Positions 29,074 to 30,549 of a DNA stretch of 30,549 bases are shown here, piece after piece (within the stretch, counting starts at the first letter, position 1; each line of letters opens with the position of its first letter). The notes under the pieces were generated by a model. The model saw only the letters and a program-made list of their open reading frames with translations, had not been told where the DNA came from and did no database searches. The DNA is from Nitrosopumilaceae archaeon (GTDB lineage Archaea > Thermoproteota > Nitrososphaeria > Nitrososphaerales > Nitrosopumilaceae): contig JBQTHX010000094.1 in NCBI GenBank assembly GCA_052389415.1, positions 1 through 30,549 on the forward strand, read 5' to 3'. A program made the translations under genes and the position numbers.

Positions 29074-29164
29074 AGATCCCCTATGTAATTATAAAAAGTA
29101 TGATCTTCATAGTATCACAATACACGTACTCGACTTTCTTTTTTCCAAGTCTCAGGATTTACAT

Positions 29165-30118
29165 TTATGCGACAGGAACGTCGTTGCACAATCCTGCTGG
29201 TTCAGAGCCTCCAAAGATGTTGTCCAAACAGGTGTTGTTCTGGTATGTATTTGCTGTTCCTGCAGTCTTTGAGCCTGTCGTATCATCTACAAAACCAAAT
29301 CCGCCATTGTTGTTTGCGGTATTTTCAGAGATATTGTTTTTGCTGGCATCTGCTGAGGATTCAAGTGTGGTCTTTATTCCATCTTCCAAATTATTGGATG
29401 CTGTATTTCCAGTGATCCTATTTTGATTACTTTCTATGAGTATTGCTGCATTACCGTTTCCTGACAAAGAGTTGTTGCTTACTGTATTTCGTGTTCCCGC
29501 AATTCTTATTCCAAAGTTTGCATCGTTGTTGTTTACTTCGTTGTTATCCAAGAAACTTCCAGTTGCAGTCACTTGAATCCCATTTTGATTATCATTGATT
29601 GAATTGTTAATCACTGTCATTGCCCTGCCGCTAATTTGAGCACCAAAATCATGATTCTGTGATGTATTGTCGTCAAGAACATTATGTGTTCCACCCACTA
29701 GAAATCCTGTAGTGTTGGGAAACTCTCCGCTGTTGTTTGCTGTATTATGATATAGATATACAGCACTAGAATCTTTTACTTCGAATTGGTATTGAAAACC
29801 ATCAACAGCACAGTTCTTTACTGTGACTCGTCTTACGTTGTCAATTAGAAGACCAGTACCTTCTCCAGTAGAACCAGTTATGAAATGATTGTTGCAGTCA
29901 AGTGTTACAGCATTGCTGATTATTTGTACGGGATCTGTCAGATCAGTTGTCAAGACACAGGTTCTTGTCTTTGCGTCCCATGTACCAACAAGAGTACAGT
30001 TGCCTCCCGTACTATCATCTGATATTACTATAGTAGATTGTGCTAGAGTGGTTTGCAATGAAGTTGAAGCAAGTCCAAGAATCATTATTGCTGCTAGTCC
30101 TAGTTTCTTTAAAATCAA
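29165..30118 (-). CDS. Secreted right-handed parallel beta-helix (NosD/CASH-like) repeat protein
   Basis: Signal peptide from TTG 30118, VTLDCNNHFITG, and Asn-ladder repeats (NxIxxNxAxNN). Confidence 0.85.
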   Translation of the reverse strand: MILKKLGLAAIMILGLASTSLQTTLAQSTIVISDDSTGGNCTLVGTWDAKTRTCVLTTDLTDPVQIISNAVTLDCNNHFITGSTGEGTGLLIDNVRRVTVKNCAVDGFQYQFEVKDSSAVYLYHNTANNSGEFPNTTGFLVGGTHNVLDDNTSQNHDFGAQISGRAMTVINNSINDNQNGIQVTATGSFLDNNEVNNNDANFGIRIAGTRNTVSNNSLSGNGNAAILIESNQNRITGNTASNNLEDGIKTTLESSADASKNNISENTANNNGGFGFVDDTTGSKTAGTANTYQNNTCLDNIFGGSEPAGLCNDVPVA

Positions 30119-30213
30119 CCCTCTAGAGATTTCTGACAATTGATTTTCGTATAGTATATGATGATTTATCACTTAAGCATTTTTTCCCAATATTGAAAAT
30201 TTCTCTTCTTAAA

Positions 30214-30549
30214 TTAGGATCTAAAAGACCTTGTTCTATATCTTAATGTCAACACTGTTACGATTCCAACTATCAAGATAAAAGGTGCAAAATTAAATTC
30301 TGGAACAATACTTGTTCCAACAATTTCCATTGTTGATGTGCCTGCAGGAATCTGAATTTTTAATTCTCTTATAGTATCTGTTTTTTGTGTTTCTTCTGGA
30401 CTTACTTCCTTGTCGCCTACTACAACGATGAATGTATAATCGATGTTACAACTCTATGAATCAATCAATTTTGGTGGCAGTGTGATTATCAAACTACCAT
30501 CCTCTGTTGAGCTTGTTTCAAGTTCAAGTTGAATGCTACTAAAATCCTC
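30214..30549 (-). pseudogene. 3' end of a PEF(G)-CTERM-like surface protein gene with an in-frame TAG at 30454-30456 (5' part outside window)
   Basis: EDFSSIQLELETSSTEDGSLIITLPPKLIDS*SCNIDYTFIVVVGDKEV...RELKIQIPAGTSTMEIVGTSIVPEFNFAPFILIVGIVTVLTLRYRTRSFRS*. Confidence 0.75.

Noticed and set aside
29165-30118. nosD of a nitrous oxide reductase cluster
   Set aside because: These are generic beta-helix repeats, with no nosZ, nosF or nosY in the window.
30454-30456. Pyrrolysine or TAG recoding
   Set aside because: TAG terminates core genes here (hppA, pth2, EF-1beta), and no pyl genes are in the window.

Overview
AT-rich archaeal chromosomal segment, most likely an ammonia-oxidising Nitrososphaerota (Thaumarchaeota, Nitrosopumilales-like). 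This is inferred from the gene families present: PEF(G)-CTERM-like surface proteins, an IPxWIK/AGWW-repeat protein, a membrane double-cupredoxin, EF-1beta, L15e, Cdc48 and Pth2. An intact housekeeping core (hppA, JAMM protease, cupredoxin, cyoE, cdc48, EF-1beta, GGR-family reductase, pth2, truD, rpl15e) is interspersed with three accessory blocks. (i) 1-6117: surface proteins, a metzincin protease split by an in-frame TGA, a NitrOD5-like protein and a class III nucleotide cyclase. (ii) 16933-21552: a ribbon-helix-helix (RHH) regulator frameshifted at an A9 tract, a 10-bp-period operator-like repeat array beside a TATA-like box, a secreted protein with two signal-like segments and a Cys-rich C-terminal domain, and a frameshifted PEF-CTERM protein. 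(iii) 28247-30549: hicBA, a truncated MazF-like pair, a beta-helix protein and a PEF-CTERM gene with an in-frame TAG. All reading-frame lesions I found are in accessory genes. Several small ORFs missing from the ORF track were found (C2H2 zinc finger, DUF1610-like zinc ribbon, putative antitoxin). I recognised no tRNA, rRNA or CRISPR array. All family calls come from motif recognition, not database searches.
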